Assembly: GCF_035084215.1 (NCBI RefSeq)
Contig: NC_090327.1
Location: 40,486,001 to 40,550,000, forward strand
Source: Heptranchias perlo
Taxonomy: Eukaryota
DNA: 64,000 nucleotides
Reading direction: 5' to 3'
The translations under genes and the position numbers were made by a program. Under the pieces are notes generated by a model. It was not told the DNA's origin. It was given only the letters and a program-made list of their open reading frames with translations, and made no database searches. Below, piece after piece: positions 26,672 to 39,300 of the stretch (position 1 is the stretch's first letter; each line of letters opens with the position of its first letter).

Positions 26672-28276
26672 GTGCTACTGGATGGACTAAAAATTGGTAA
26701 AGAGGAGGTACTAGAAAGATTGACTGTACTTAAAGTAGATAAGACACCTGGTCCGGATGGGATGCATCCTAGGTTGCTGAGGGAAGTAAGGGTGGAAATT
26801 GCAGAGGTGCTGGCCATAATCTTCCAATCCTCCATAGATATGGGGGTGATGCCAGAGGGCTGGAGAATTGCAAATGTTACACCCTTGTTCAAAAAATGAT
26901 GTAAGGATAAACCCGGCAGCTACAGGCCAGTCAATTTAACCTCGGTGATGGGGAAGCTTTTAGAAATGATAATCTGGGACACAATTAATAGTCACTTGGA
27001 TGAGTGTAGATTAATAAAGGAAAGCCAGCACAGATTTGTTAAAGGCAAATCGTGTTTAACTAACTTGATAGAGTTTTTTGATGAGGTAACAGAGAGGGTT
27101 GATGAGGGCAATGTGGTTGATGTTGTTTATATGGACTTTCAAAAGGCTGTTGATAAAGTGCCACATAATAGGCTTGTCAGCAAAATTGAAGCCCATGGAA
27201 TAAAAGGGGCAGTGACAGCGTGGATACAAAATTGGCTACGTGACATGAATCAGAGTAGTGGTGAACGGTTGTTTTTTGAACTGGAGGAAGGTGTTCCTCA
27301 GAAGTTGGTACTAGGACCACTGTCTTTCTTGATATATATTAAAGACTTGGACTTGGGTGTACAGGGCACAATTTCAAAATTTGCAGATGACACAAAACTT
27401 GGAAGTGTAGTAAAAAGTGAGGAGGATAGTGATAGACTTCAAGAGGACATAGACAGGTTGGTAGCGGACACAAGGCAGATGAAATGTAATGCAGAGTGTG
27501 AAGCGATACATTTTGGTAGGAAGAATGAGGGGAGGCAAAATAAACTAAATGGTACAATTCTAAAGGAGGTGCAGGAATAAAGATACCTGGGGGTATATGT
27601 GCACAAATCTTTGAAGGTGGTAGGACAAATTGAGAAAGTGGTTAAAAAAGCATGTAGGATCCTGGGCTTTATAAATAGAGGTATAGAGTACAAAAGCAAG
27701 GAGGTTATGTTGAAACTTTATAAAACACTGGTTTGGCCACAGCTGGAATTTTGTGTCCAATTCTTTAGGAAGGATGTGAAGGCCTCAGAGAGGGTGCAGA
27801 AATGATTTACTAGAATGGTGCCAGGGGAGAGGGACTTCAGTTACGTGGATAGAGTGAAGAAGTTGGAGTTGTTCTCCTTAGACCAGAGAAGGTTAAGAGG
27901 AGATTAGATAGAAGTGTTCAAAATCATGAAGGATTTAGATAAAGTAAATAAAAAGAAACTTCCTATTGGCAGAACGGTCGAGAACCAGAGGACACAGATT
28001 GGTGATTGGCAAAAGAACCAAAGGCAACATGAGGAAAAACTTTTTTATGCAGCGAGTGGTTATGATCTGGAATGCGCTGCTTGAAAGGGTAGTGGACGCC
28101 AATTCAATCGTTGCTTTCAAAAAGGAATTGGATAAATATTTGAAGGGAAAAAATTTGCAGGGCAACGGGGAAAGTGCAGAGGAATGGGACCAACTGGATT
28201 GCTCTTACAAAGAGCTGGCACGGGCTCATTGGGCCGAGTGGCCGCCTTCTGTGCTGTAACCATTTTATGATTCTAT
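26672..28276 (+). mobile_element. 5'-truncated CR1 LINE (RT to 3' UTR)
   Basis: DKTPGPDGMHPRLLRE, YMDFQKAVDKVPH, SKFADDTKLG, RKNFFMQRVVMIWNAL; ATTCTAT-type tail. Confidence 0.92.
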
Positions 28277-28402
28277 AAGGGGCCTATATAGTGTTGCCAA
28301 TTCTTGTTGGATGTATTCCTGGAGGTTCAATCACATGACACTTGATCACTGACATTATCTGGGCTCACACATGAAGAATGGCAACTCCAGGTGGCTCTCT
28401 GT

Positions 28403-28812
28403 GGAACCATACCTCAGTGAATGTCAGTGCCAGGCAAACCATACTCCAGTGAGAGTCAGTGCCAGGGGAACTGTTACCCAGCAAGAGTTGGTGCCAGTGG
28501 AACTGTACCACAGCGAGAGTCAGCACCTGGGGAACCAGAACATAGCTAGAGTTAGTGCCAGGGTAACTGTACCTCAGTGAAAGTTAGTGGCAGAGCAATG
28601 GTACCACAATGAGAGTTGGTGCCAGGTAAACCGTACCCCAGCAAGAGTCAGTGCCTGCAGTACCATTCAACAGTAAGAGTTAGCACCAGGGTAACTGTAC
28701 CCCAGTGAGAGTCAGCAGCAGAGGAACTGTACCATAGTGAGATTTGATGCCAGGAGAAATGTACCCCAGTGAGAGTCAGCATCAGGGCAACAGTACCCCA
28801 CTGAGAGTCAAT
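28403..28812. repeat. Degenerate 32-bp minisatellite, ~13 copies (consensus ~GGAACTGTACCCCAGTGAGAGTCAGTGCCAGG)
   Basis: Head-to-tail units without unique spacers. The flanks resemble the 3' part of the SINE at 51385-51780. Confidence 0.85.
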
Positions 28813-28962
28813 GTTTTCAGGTGGTGAGGGGAAAAAATTGAACAAAAAAACCCAAAAATGTTCTTGGGTATGTGGATTATTATACTGAGAGGAGGAATTC
28901 CCCTTTATATACTGGGCTATTTACATATATGCTGTCCCTTTAAGAGGTGTTGTATTGCTGAC

Positions 28963-29298
28963 CTTTTTGACGTGTGGTCCAAAGCATTCATATTTTTTAG
29001 GAGCTGAAAGTTGATGATTCGGATTCTTTTTCCCAACACGTGGATTGAGTAGGTCCGTTTAAATTTCGGGTGCAAGACCAGCCCCAGGAATCCCCTCTGT
29101 CCTCTGAGCCATGAGGAGATCAGCACTGCCTTGCTGAGGTTCAGGGATGGCCTGTTGATGCGCAAGCCATTGGGCAGGTAGAGCCACATCAGCCTCACCT
29201 GCTCGGCGATGAAGTAGCGGTATGTTCCGTTGTTGGTGCACAGGATGGCCACAGCATTCCAACTTCCTGCAGAAAAGTTGGAGACAGCCCGAGAAGTC
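28963..29298 (-). pseudogene. Frameshifted exon fragment of an HHIP-like (HHIPL1/HHIPL2-type) gene
   Basis: DFSGCLQL/LQEV/NAVAILCTNNGTYRYFIAEQVRLMWLYLPNG..RPSLNLSKAVLISSW.GQRGFLGLVLHPKFK..RIRIINF..MNALDHTSKR aligns by eye to the HHIPL motif [42 protein letters not shown]..PFLN...VLTSPW.GDERGFLG.AFHP.F..RIRISEF..N.VDH.SER. Ends at a donor-like AAG|GTCAGC. Confidence 0.8.
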
Positions 29299-30116
29299 AA
29301 AGTGTGCATTCGTGAAGCGCGAATGTGAAGTAGTTTTCTCCCAGGTTGCTAGCAACAGTGACCGGGAGATCAATCTTTCTTTCTGGGAGACTCTCAGACA
29401 ATCTGGGAGGATTGGCATTGCTAGACCTATGTGAATTAAGTTTGGGACGTCTCAATATAGTTCCTCATGGACATAGCAAACAACACAAAATTAATTTGGC
29501 ATTATCTGGCAATCTCATTCAGGGAAGCCACAGGATAAGTGATGTCACACTAGTGCAGTAGGGGTGCTTTTCTGAAGTGGAGGTTGAGGTGCATTGTTGG
29601 GGCAGAGTAAAAGGACCTTTATTTTGCACCTGGCTGCACTATACCTGAACTGTACACTGGGTGCCTGAAATGGGAAGGGTACCATCCTCCACATTAAGAG
29701 GCTTGAGCACAAATCTGTGGAGAAAAAATGATGATAAGGTTTGCTGGGTTTTATGATTATTGAGGATGATGCTTTTTAGCTTCTTTTCGAGATAAGTTGT
29801 TTTAATTTCTTCTTTTCTGCCTTGAAGATAGTTACTCAATTGGAGTGCAGTTCCACAGGTGTCATCAGCTCTACAGAACCTTTGTAAAGTGGTCCTCCTT
29901 CATGCGTAAGTCTGAATAGTGAGAGCTCACTGTGGGAGGAGGGTGATCATTGCCAAATAGAATCCTCTCATCCACACACTTTACAGAAGGGGTCACTTGG
30001 TAATGATCAAGGACAGAAATCATGGCTCTGTGATCCCGTGACGCTGAGGCAAATTGTAGCATCCCAACTATGCCTTGACAGAGATCAACAAGGACTGAGA
30101 TTGGACCTGGGACTTC

Positions 30117-31410
30117 CTAATAAAGAATAGTCAGCACGGATTTCAAAAGGGAAATCATGCGTGACCAACCTTATTGAATTCTTTAAAGAAGTAACAGAAA
30201 GGGTAGACAAGGATAATGTAGTAGATGTAATATATTTGGATTTTCAAAAGGTCTTCGATAAAGCACTGCATTGTAAACTCATGACTAAGGTCAGAGCATG
30301 TGGAATCAGGACAAATAGCAGAATGGATAGCAAGCTGGCTACAAAACAGAAAACAAAGAATGGGGGCTAAGGGTATCTACTCGGACTGGCAAAAGAAGGG
30401 AAGTGGTGTTCCACAGGGATCGGTGCTGGGACCACTATTGTTCACAATTTACATTAATGATTTGGATTCTGGAATGGGAACTACAATTTCAAAATTTGCA
30501 GATGATACCAAATTGGATTTTGTAGTTAATACAAATAAAGAATGCATCAAATTGCAAAAAGACATTAATAAACTTGCAGAATGGGTGTATAATTGGCAAA
30601 TGAATTTCAATATAGATAAGTGTGAGGTGGTGCATTTTGGTAGGAAGAATAAGGAAGCCACATACTGCTTGGATAATAAGCATCTAAACCAGATAGAGGA
30701 GCAAAGAGATCTAGGGGTACAGATACACAAATCACTAAAAGTAGCGACGCAGGTTATTAAGGCTATAAAAAAGGCAAATCATGCACTATGGTTCATTTCA
30801 AGAGGGATAGAATTGAAAAGCAAAGAAGTTACTTTACACATGAATAGAACTCAGATTAGACCATACTTGAAGTATTTTGCACAGTTCTGGTCTCCATATT
30901 ATAGAAAGGATATAGAGGCATTGGAGGGGGTGCAAAAAAGATTCACAAGGATGATACCAGGACTGAGAAGAAATCCTCATGTGGAAGGGCTGAATAGGCT
31001 AGGACTCTATTCTCTAGATTGAGAAGGCTGAAGGGTGACCTGATAGGGGCCTTTAAGATAATGAAAGGGTTCGATAGGGTAGATGTAGAGAAAATGTTTC
31101 CACTTGTGGAGGAGTCCAAAACTAAAGATCATAAATATAAGATGGTCACTAATAAATCCAATAGGAAAATCAGGAGAAACTTCTTTAGCCAAGGAGTGAT
31201 AAGAATGTGGAATGCGCTACCACAAGGAGGCAAATAGCATAGATGCATTTAAGGGGAAGCTAGATAAGCACATGATGAAGAAAGGAATAGAAGGGTATCC
31301 TGAAAGGGTTAGATGAAGTAGGGAGGGAGGAGGCTTGCATGGAGCATAAATGCTGGCACAGACTAGTTGGGCCGAATGGCCTGTTTCTGTGCTGTGGTTC
31401 TAATGTAACT
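30117..31410 (+). mobile_element. 5'-truncated CR1 LINE
   Basis: SGVPQGSVLGPLLFTIYINDLD..SKFADDTKL, QFWSPYYRKDI, and a CR1 3' UTR. Confidence 0.92.
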
Positions 31411-32724
31411 TGAAGCAATCTGTATGTTTTAGTACCATTTTATACTGAGCAACTGTGTGATGTGCCTATGAACATTTACAATACGTGAGGTATAATGTAC
31501 TCAGCAATGATCATATTCCAACTTTCCTGTATAGTTATGTAACAACACCATTTTATCCATCAAAATAACATGTTGAAGTTTTCTGAAATGTAGGAATTGT
31601 AGCATTTTAAAACATGTGTTTCCAGTCCACAATGTTAATTTAATTCCTTCAATTTATTTCACATATGATTATTTCAGCCATTAGAATAAATTTGATGTAT
31701 TTTTGAATTGGTAATTTGGGCAACATTGCCAAATAGCTCTCAGTTTTCACATATTAGAGGTAAACATAATTTTTAATGTTGGAAACTTGAAATAACTGTA
31801 GATAATGCTGAAATTACACAACAGGCTGAAAAAGGAAAAACACCCTGACTGTCAGTTCTAAGGAAAGCTCACATATAAAATATTTAAGCCATCTTCCTCT
31901 GCTGTTGGACCTTATCTCAGTTCCATGTAGTACATGCCTTTTATCAAAGCACAGAAATAAATGTAAAAATGCTTTGATAAAACTTTAAGCTGGTAAAATT
32001 TCAAATTGAAATTCCTTCATTTAAATTCAATAAGCGTCATTTGCTACAACGAATGTCTGCGTCAATCCAGGGTTTCTCTGACCAAATATTAACATTTTCT
32101 GTAAAGTAGCACAGTTCTTTATTTAAAATTTTCAATTCTGCACCAGCTTCCTGGCACTAAATAAACTTTCCAGCAGAAAATGTATCATTTCCATTCTTTG
32201 CTAGATACCAGACCATCATTAATGGATTCTTGTCTTCCTGCCAATAACTATAGTCGCTTTTATTGCATCTTTGATTAATGAATATGATTTCTTGAACTGT
32301 ATAGCACTTTACTTGTTCTCAGCAAATGGGCTTAATTACAGAAATTACAGTGTTTGACAGCCTCAAGATAAAATCAGATTCTCTTTATTCTCTATGCTCT
32401 TGATTCAAAAGTGTTCTAGGTTCATCACAAAAGTACCATAACTATATGGCTAGAAAATGCTCTATACTACAGTGTTTGTACTTTGTATGGAGAGAGCAGG
32501 TTGTAGTAAACTTGGTGCTGGAGTGAACAATGCATATTGAACCTGTTGATAATGTAAGCCAAAATAAATGGAACCAATGTCTTAAATATCTGGATGCTAA
32601 AAACGGCTGCAGCCCTTCATTAAAATGGCTAAGTTCAATATATAGCCACAACCAAAAGTGAGGAAACAATGGCCTAGCAATTACTCCCAATTTGCAATTA
32701 TTTACATTTTAGGCCCTAAGACTT

Positions 32725-33568
32725 GGAAGGAGCAGATATGGCAAAAGTTGAAAATGTGAAGTCATCCAGTTTGGGAGGAAAAATAAAAAAGCAAAATATT
32801 ATTTGAATGGAGAAATACTACAAAATGCTGCGGTACAGAGGGATCTGGGTGTCCTCGTACATGAAACACAAAAAGTCAACATACAGGTGCAGCAGGTAAT
32901 CCAGAAGGCAAACAGAATATTGACCTTTATTTCTAGGGGGATGGAATATAAAAGCAGGGAAGTCACACTACAACTGTACAGAGTGCTGGTGAGACCACAC
33001 CTGGAGTACTGCGTACAGTTCTGGTACCCTAATTTAAGGAAGGACATACTTGCATTGGAGGCAGTTCAGAGAAGGTTCACTAGGATTATTCCGGGTATGG
33101 AAGTGTTGTCTTATGAGGAAAGATTGAACAGGTTGGGTCTATACTCATTGGAGTTTAGAAGGATGAGAGGAGATCTTATTGAAACATACAAGATTCTGAG
33201 GGGACTCAATAGGGTAGATGCTGAGAGGATGTTACCCCTCATGGGGGAATCTAAAACTAGGGATCATAGTCTCAGAGTAAGTAAGACAGAAATGAGGAGG
33301 AATTTCTTCTCCCAGAGGGTCTGAATCTTTGGAATTCATTACCCCAAAGAGCTGTGGAGGCTCAGTCATTGAATACATTCAAGGCTGAATTAGACAAATG
33401 TTTGATCAGCAAGAGAGTCAAAGGATATGGGGAAAAGGCGGGAAAGTGGAGTTGAGGTAAAAATCAGATCAGCCATGATCTTGTTAAATGGCGGAGCAGG
33501 CTCGAGGGGCTGAATAGCCTACTCCTACTCTTATCTTTTATGTTCTTATGGTCTCTTATGGTCTTATG
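32725..33568 (+). mobile_element. 5'-truncated CR1 LINE
   Basis: 173-aa ORF RDLGVLVHE..LYRVLVRPHLEYCVQFW; CTTATG(T/G)T-repeat tail. Confidence 0.92.
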
Positions 33569-33694
33569 GGAAGCGCAGTACTTGGTTTGGTTCATTGCTC
33601 CAGATACTGTAATGTGCACCTGTAACTGGGAGCATGCCATCGGCACATACATACCCCATGCATCAGTGGTGATGATTGCGGCTGCCACAGATGT

Positions 33695-34097
33695 ATGGTC
33701 ATGGCAATGTCGTGGTTATGTTACTAGGCTAGTAATTCAGAGACCATAGATTCACATCTCACCACAGCAGTATGAGAATATAAATTCAGTCTTTTTTAAA
33801 AAAATTGGAAATAAAAAACTGGTATTAGTAAAAGTGAAGCTGACAGATTGTTGTATAAACCCAACTGACTAATGTCCTTTAGGGAAGGGCATCTGATGTC
33901 CTTACCCGGTCTGGCTTATGAGAGACTCCAATCCCACATAAAAGTTGTTTGACTCTGAAGTGCCCTAGAAAGTCGCTCATTTGTATCAAAATTGCCACAA
34001 AGAATAATAAGCCCCACCACCACCTTCAAAGGGCAACTAGGGATGGGCAATAAATGCTGATGTTGCCAGTGATGCCCATATCCTGAGTATGAAAAAA
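33695..34097 (+). mobile_element. Decayed SINE made of the tRNA-like head/5' UTR and the 3' tail of the LINE at 56726-60032
   Basis: GTGGTTATGTTACTAGGCTAGTAATTCAGAG head; CTAATGTCCTTTAGGGAAGG..GTCCTTACCCGGTCTGGC body; CACCACCTTC..GGGCAACTAGGGATGGGCAATAAATGCTG tail. Confidence 0.85.
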
Positions 34098-36344
34098 CAT
34101 ATAGAAACTGCAGGCATTAAGATGAACCTGTGCATGTATTTATACTGTGCTTTTTTATCTTTATACAGAAATGCCAAGATCCAGAAATGCTGCAACATTA
34201 CACAGCAATCACACCACATCCTATAAACATCAGCACACAGAATAAACCTTGGAGGTTATGGTTAGTTACATAGATATGGGGTCACCTGATGTAATGAAGG
34301 GTAAATGTGGGAGTTGGAAGAAAGGCCAGAGGTCATAGGGTAAAGGCTCCAAATGGTGACGGCAAAGCAGAGGAACTTCAGGAATCAGAGGGCCAACTTC
34401 ACGACTTCAGAACTCCTTGACCTTCCTACTCTCCTGCCGCCGTCCCAGGCTTGATTCCCTCTTTTAAAAGCCTACAGCTTCCCACTGTACATCTCTTGGC
34501 ATCCTCCGAAGGGCCCATCAAGGCACTCGTCGCTGCCTCCTTATGAGCAGCAACCCCAATTGCCCCATTCTACTCTGTCACCAACATTCCCGCCCAGCTC
34601 GCCCACATGGGGCTATTCTTACCAATCTCCTTCTCATCCCACTGACCCCTCTCAGCGCTGATCCTGTGGACTCTGCCAGCAGATCAGCTATCAATGCCAC
34701 ACTCCGCATTTTCCTTCAAAATGTATGTTCACTTGTGAACAAGGCCCTTTCCATCCTTGAGCTTATTGTGGATGATTGCATCGACATCATGGTCTTGACG
34801 AAAACTTGACTGACGGATGATGATACCTTCCCCTTAAATAAGCCTCCCCGCCTGGCTATATCTTCCACCACTTGCCCTGTCCAAACCACTATGGTGGTGG
34901 TGTGGCCCTTATTACCAAATCACACATTGGTCTGCCCCCTACTCCTCTGGCACCTTCTCCTCCTTTGAGAATCTTACTTTGTTCCACTCCTCTCGCCTCT
35001 CCTTTAAAATCCTTATTCTCTACCACTCACCCAAGCACCATGCCAAGGTTCTCATCGAGCTATCTTCACTGCTTTCCTCCCTCAGCCTCTGCACTGAGCA
35101 ACTTCTCATCTTCAGTGATTTCAACCTCCATCTTAACTCATCATGCCCTCTCTCCTCTTGAGTTCACTGCCCTCCTACCCTCCCTTAATCTCTCCATCCA
35201 CACAAACTCCTCTATCCATATTCATGACGACCCCCTTGACCTTGCCACCTCATGTGGCATCTATACTCCCATCATGTCAATCATAGATAAAGCTATCTCT
35301 GATCACTTCCTTGTATCCCTCTCCACTCACATCCCCCCTCCCCTTCCCATCCCACTTCCTTCTGTGTCCGTCCCTGGAAAAAACTCTCCCTCAAGTCACT
35401 TACAACTGCACTTTCAAATTCCCAACTGTTTAGCCTTTGACCCTCCATTCACCACGACATTTCTGCAGCTACCGATCTGCATAATCACAACCTCACCCCA
35501 CCTTTGATACCCTTGTCCCCATTAAAACTATTACTCTCTCTCACCCTGGATGTTCCCCCTGGTATGGCCCTCATCTCTACTCCCTTAAATCCAATGGACG
35601 CAGACTTGAATGTTTATGGCGGACAACTGGTTTAGCTGTTCATCGCCAGATCTGGCTGGACCACATAAAGCACTATCGGGTCCTGCTCTCCTCTGCCAAA
35701 ATTGCTCACTATTGCAGGATCATCCTGGAATGCAAAGATAAAACCCCCTGCTTCACTTCTCCACTACAAACGGTCTACTTAAACCCCTCTCCCCTGCCTC
35801 CTCCACCCTCACCTCCAACAACAAGTGCAAGGAGCTCATGGACTTCTTTGTCACTAAGATTGAGACCATCCATTCAGTTGCCTCTGCCGTTTCCCTCCCT
35901 TCCCCTGCCCACCAAACCAAACTTCCCCTAAGGCTCCCCTCGCCCTACCTCTGAACTAACATCTTTCTCTAGTTTTTCTCCTATCTCCCTTCATGCCCCC
36001 TCTGAGCTCATTTTGTCCATGAGACCCACCTCCTGTTCCTAGCCACCTACTCCATCCCGCTCCCTGGCCACTGTCTGGGGCCGAACCAGTCCGTTCGCAA
36101 CCTTGGCATCCTATTTAACACCTGAGATGAGCTTCCAACCATATATCCACTCCATCACCAAGACTGTCTACTTCCACCTCTGTAACGTCGCATCTCCACC
36201 CCTTCCTTAGTTCATCTGCTGCTGAATCCCTCACCCATGCCTTTGTTACCTCTAGATTTGACTATTCCAATGCTCTCTTGGCCTGCCTCTCATCTTTCAC
36301 CCTCCATAAACTTGAGCTCATCCAAAACGTTGCTGCCCGTATCC

Positions 36345-37373
36345 TTTTTTTGTTATTCGTTCATGGGATGTGGGCGTCGTAGGCGAGGCCAACATTTATT
36401 GCCCATCCCTAATTGCCCTTGAGAAGGTGGTGGTGAGCCGTCTCCTTGAACCGTTGCAGTCCGTGTGGTGAAGGTATTCTCCCACAGTGCTGTTAGGTAG
36501 GGAGTTCCATGATTTTAATCCAGCGATGATGAAGGAACGGCGATATATTTCCAAGTCGGGATGGTGTGTGACTTGGAGGGGAACGTGCAGGTGGTGTTGT
36601 TCCCATGTGCCTGCTGCCCTTGTCCTTCTAGGAGATAGAGGTCGCGGGTTTGGGAGGTGCTGTTGAAGAAGCCTTGGTGAGTTGCTGCAGTGCATCCTGT
36701 GGATGGTACACACTGCAGCCACAGTGCGCCGGTGGTGAAGGGAATGAATGTTTAGGGTGGTGGATGGGGTGCCAATCAAGCGGGCTGCTTTATCTTGGAT
36801 GGTGTCGAGCTTCTTGAGTGTTGTTGGACCTGCACTCATCCAGGCAAGTGGAGAGTATTCCATCACACGCCTGACTTGTGCCTTGTAGATGGTGGAAAGG
36901 CTTTGGGGAGTCAGGAGGTGAGTCACTCGCCGCAGAATACCCAGCCTCTGACCTGTTCTTGTAGCCACAGTATTTATATGGCTGGTCCGGTTAAGTTTCT
37001 GGTCAATGGTGACCCCCAGGATGTTGATGGTGGGGGATTCGACGATGGTAATGCCGTTGAATGTCAAGGGGAGGTGGTTAGACTCTCTCTTGTTGGAGAT
37101 GGTCATTGCCTGGCACTTGTCTGGATGTTATTTACCACTTATCAGCCCAATCCTGGATGTTGTCCAGGTCTTGCTGGATGCGGGCACGGACTGCTTCATT
37201 ATCTGAGGGGTTGCGAATGGAACTGAACACTGTGCAGTCGTCAGCGAACATCCCCATTTCTGACCCTATGATGGAGGGAAGGTCATTGATGAAGCAGCTG
37301 AAGATGGCTGGGTCTCGGACACTGCCCTGAGGAACTCCTGGGGCTGAGATGATTGGCCTCCAACAACCACTAC
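36345..37373 (-). mobile_element. 5'-truncated copy of the tRNA-headed LINE family, nested in the L2
   Basis: 236-aa ORF nearly identical to the C-terminus of the 887-aa ORF at 56791-59454; GMFADDCTVF motif. Confidence 0.92.
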
Positions 37374-37545
37374 CGAACTCGCACCAACTCCCATTCACCT
37401 ATCACCCCTGTGCTCGCTGACCTACATTGGCTCCTGGTCTGGGAATGCCTCGATTTTAAAATTCTCATCCTTGTTTTCAAATCCCTCCATGGCCTCACCC
37501 CTCCCTATCTCTGTAACCTCATCCAACCCTACAAATCTCTGATAT

Positions 37546-38096
37546 CTGGCCTCCACACTATAAAAAGGATATCGAGGCACGTGAGAAGGTGCAAAAAAGA
37601 TTTACTAGGATGATACCAGAAATGAGAGGTTATACCTATCAGGAAAGATTGAATAGGCTGGGGCTCTTTTCTTTAGAAAAGGGAAGTCTGAGGGGTGACC
37701 TGATAGAGGTCTTTAAGATTATGAAAGGGTTTGATAGGGTAGACCTGGAGAAGATGTTTCCACTTGCAGGGGAGACCAGAACTAGGGGCCATAAATATAA
37801 GATAGTCACTAACAAATCCAGTCGGGAATTCAGGAGAAACTTCTTCACCCAGAGAGTGGTAAGAATGTGGAACTCGCTACCACAAGGAGTAGTTGAGTTG
37901 ACTAGCATAGATGCATTTAAGGGGAAGCTAGATAAACACATGAGGGAGAAGGAAATAGAAGGATATGATGATAGGTTTACATGAAGAAGGGTGGGAGGAG
38001 GTTCCTGTGGAGCATTAACACTGGGCATGGACCTGTTGGCCAAATGGCCTGTTTCTGTGCTGTACATTCTTAGTAATTCTTTGTAATTCTTTGTAA
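37546..38096 (+). mobile_element. CR1 3' fragment nested in the L2
   Basis: RFTRMIPEMRG..RRNFFTQRVVRMWNSLP; (ATTCTTTGTA)-type tail. Confidence 0.9.
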
Positions 38097-38945
38097 TCTC
38101 TGCGCGCCTTCAATTCTGGTCTCTTGCGCATCCCTGATTTTAATTGCTCCATCATTGGTGGCTGTGCCTTTAGCTGCCTAGGCCCTAAACTCTGGAATCA
38201 TCTCCCTAAACCTCTTCGCCTCTCTACCTCTCTCTCCTCCTTTATGACGCTCCTTAAAATCTGCCTCTTTAACCAAGCTTTTGGACACCTGTCCTAATAT
38301 CTCCTTATGTGGCTCGGTGTCAAATTTTGTATGATAATCACTCCTGTGAAGCACATTGGGATGTCTTACTACGTTAAGGGCACTATATAAATGCACGTTG
38401 TTGTTGTTGTTGTTGTTGTTGTGTATGTAGCACTGGAAAACACAATGGCATTTTTGAATCAGAACGATCCTCTGACTAGAAGATCTGAAAGAAAGAACAT
38501 TGCACTCTTATAGCGCCATATCATGTTCTCGGGACATCCCAAAGCACTTTACAGCCAATGGATTACAAAGACATAAACGATTATTTATTATTGATCACAA
38601 ATATTGGGTAAAAGATGGCAGTGTCCTTGCTTGATAATTAGGAAACAACACCAGACCTTTCGGTAAAGGACTGAGTACAATAGCAGAACAGGAAGCTGTA
38701 GAGGCAGTTATAGGAACACAGAAATAAAACAACATTGAAAGTGAAAAAAACAGATACCAGCTTGTATTGTGTCTATTAGCTAAGGGATTCTAGTTACATG
38801 TTGCACAGCATCAAATATTTAAAATGATTTATAAGATTATAAAAAGACAGATCGTGGCTTGCATTAAAGGCAACAGGCTGTTACCTAAGGGATTACAGTA
38901 ACTTGTCTTACCACATCATAGGCAGTCAGCTCTCATTATTTATTT

Positions 38946-39300
38946 GGGGGCTAGAAGGGGTAGATGCTGAGGGAATGTTTCCCCTTGTGGGAGAGACTAG
39001 CACTAGGGGCTACAGTTTAAAAATAAAGGGTCTCCCATTTAAAGATGGAGATGAGGAGAAATCAGAGGGTCGTGAGTCTGTGGAACTCCCTTCCCCAGAG
39101 AGCGGTGGGGGCAGGGTCATTGAATATTTTTAAGGCTGAGTTAGATAGATTCCTGATTAACAAAGGAGTCGAAGGTTATAGTAGGTAGACAGGAAAGTAG
39201 GGTTGAGGTCACAATCAGATCAGCCATGACCTTAGCAAATGGCAGAGCAGGCTCGAGGGGCCGAATGGCCTACTCCTGCTCTTAATTTGTATGTTTGTAT
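38946..39300 (+). mobile_element. CR1 3' fragment
   Basis: VDAEGMFPLVGETSTRG and a 3' UTR like that at 33400-33540. Confidence 0.85.

Larger units (their letters stand above)
28289..29423. mobile_element. Non-autonomous hAT-like DNA element carrying captured genomic sequence
   Basis: Imperfect TIRs TAGTGTTGCCAATTCT and TAGCAATGCCAATCCT (reverse complement of the right end). 8-bp flanks GGCCTATA (28281-28288) and GACCTATG (29424-29431), 6/8 identical. Subterminal CC/CTGGAG-like repeats. Confidence 0.6.
34320..38420 (+). mobile_element. L2-clade LINE with APE domain, a large deletion through the RT (~36040), and two nested insertions
   Basis: LRIFLQNVCSLVNK..DIMVLTKT (APE start), GGGVALI, SDFNLH, ISDHFLV. 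Resumes at 37374 and 38097; (GTT)n tail ends at 38420. Confidence 0.88.

Noticed and set aside
28403-28812. CRISPR-like periodic array (~32 bp)
   Set aside because: Units are contiguous and degenerate with no unique spacers, there are no cas genes, and the context is eukaryotic. It is a minisatellite.
28917-29309. Functional 130-aa gene or intact exon using the CTGCAG acceptor at ~29267
   Set aside because: HHIPL similarity continues upstream across frameshifts, conserved residues are lost or deleted, and no partner exons were seen.
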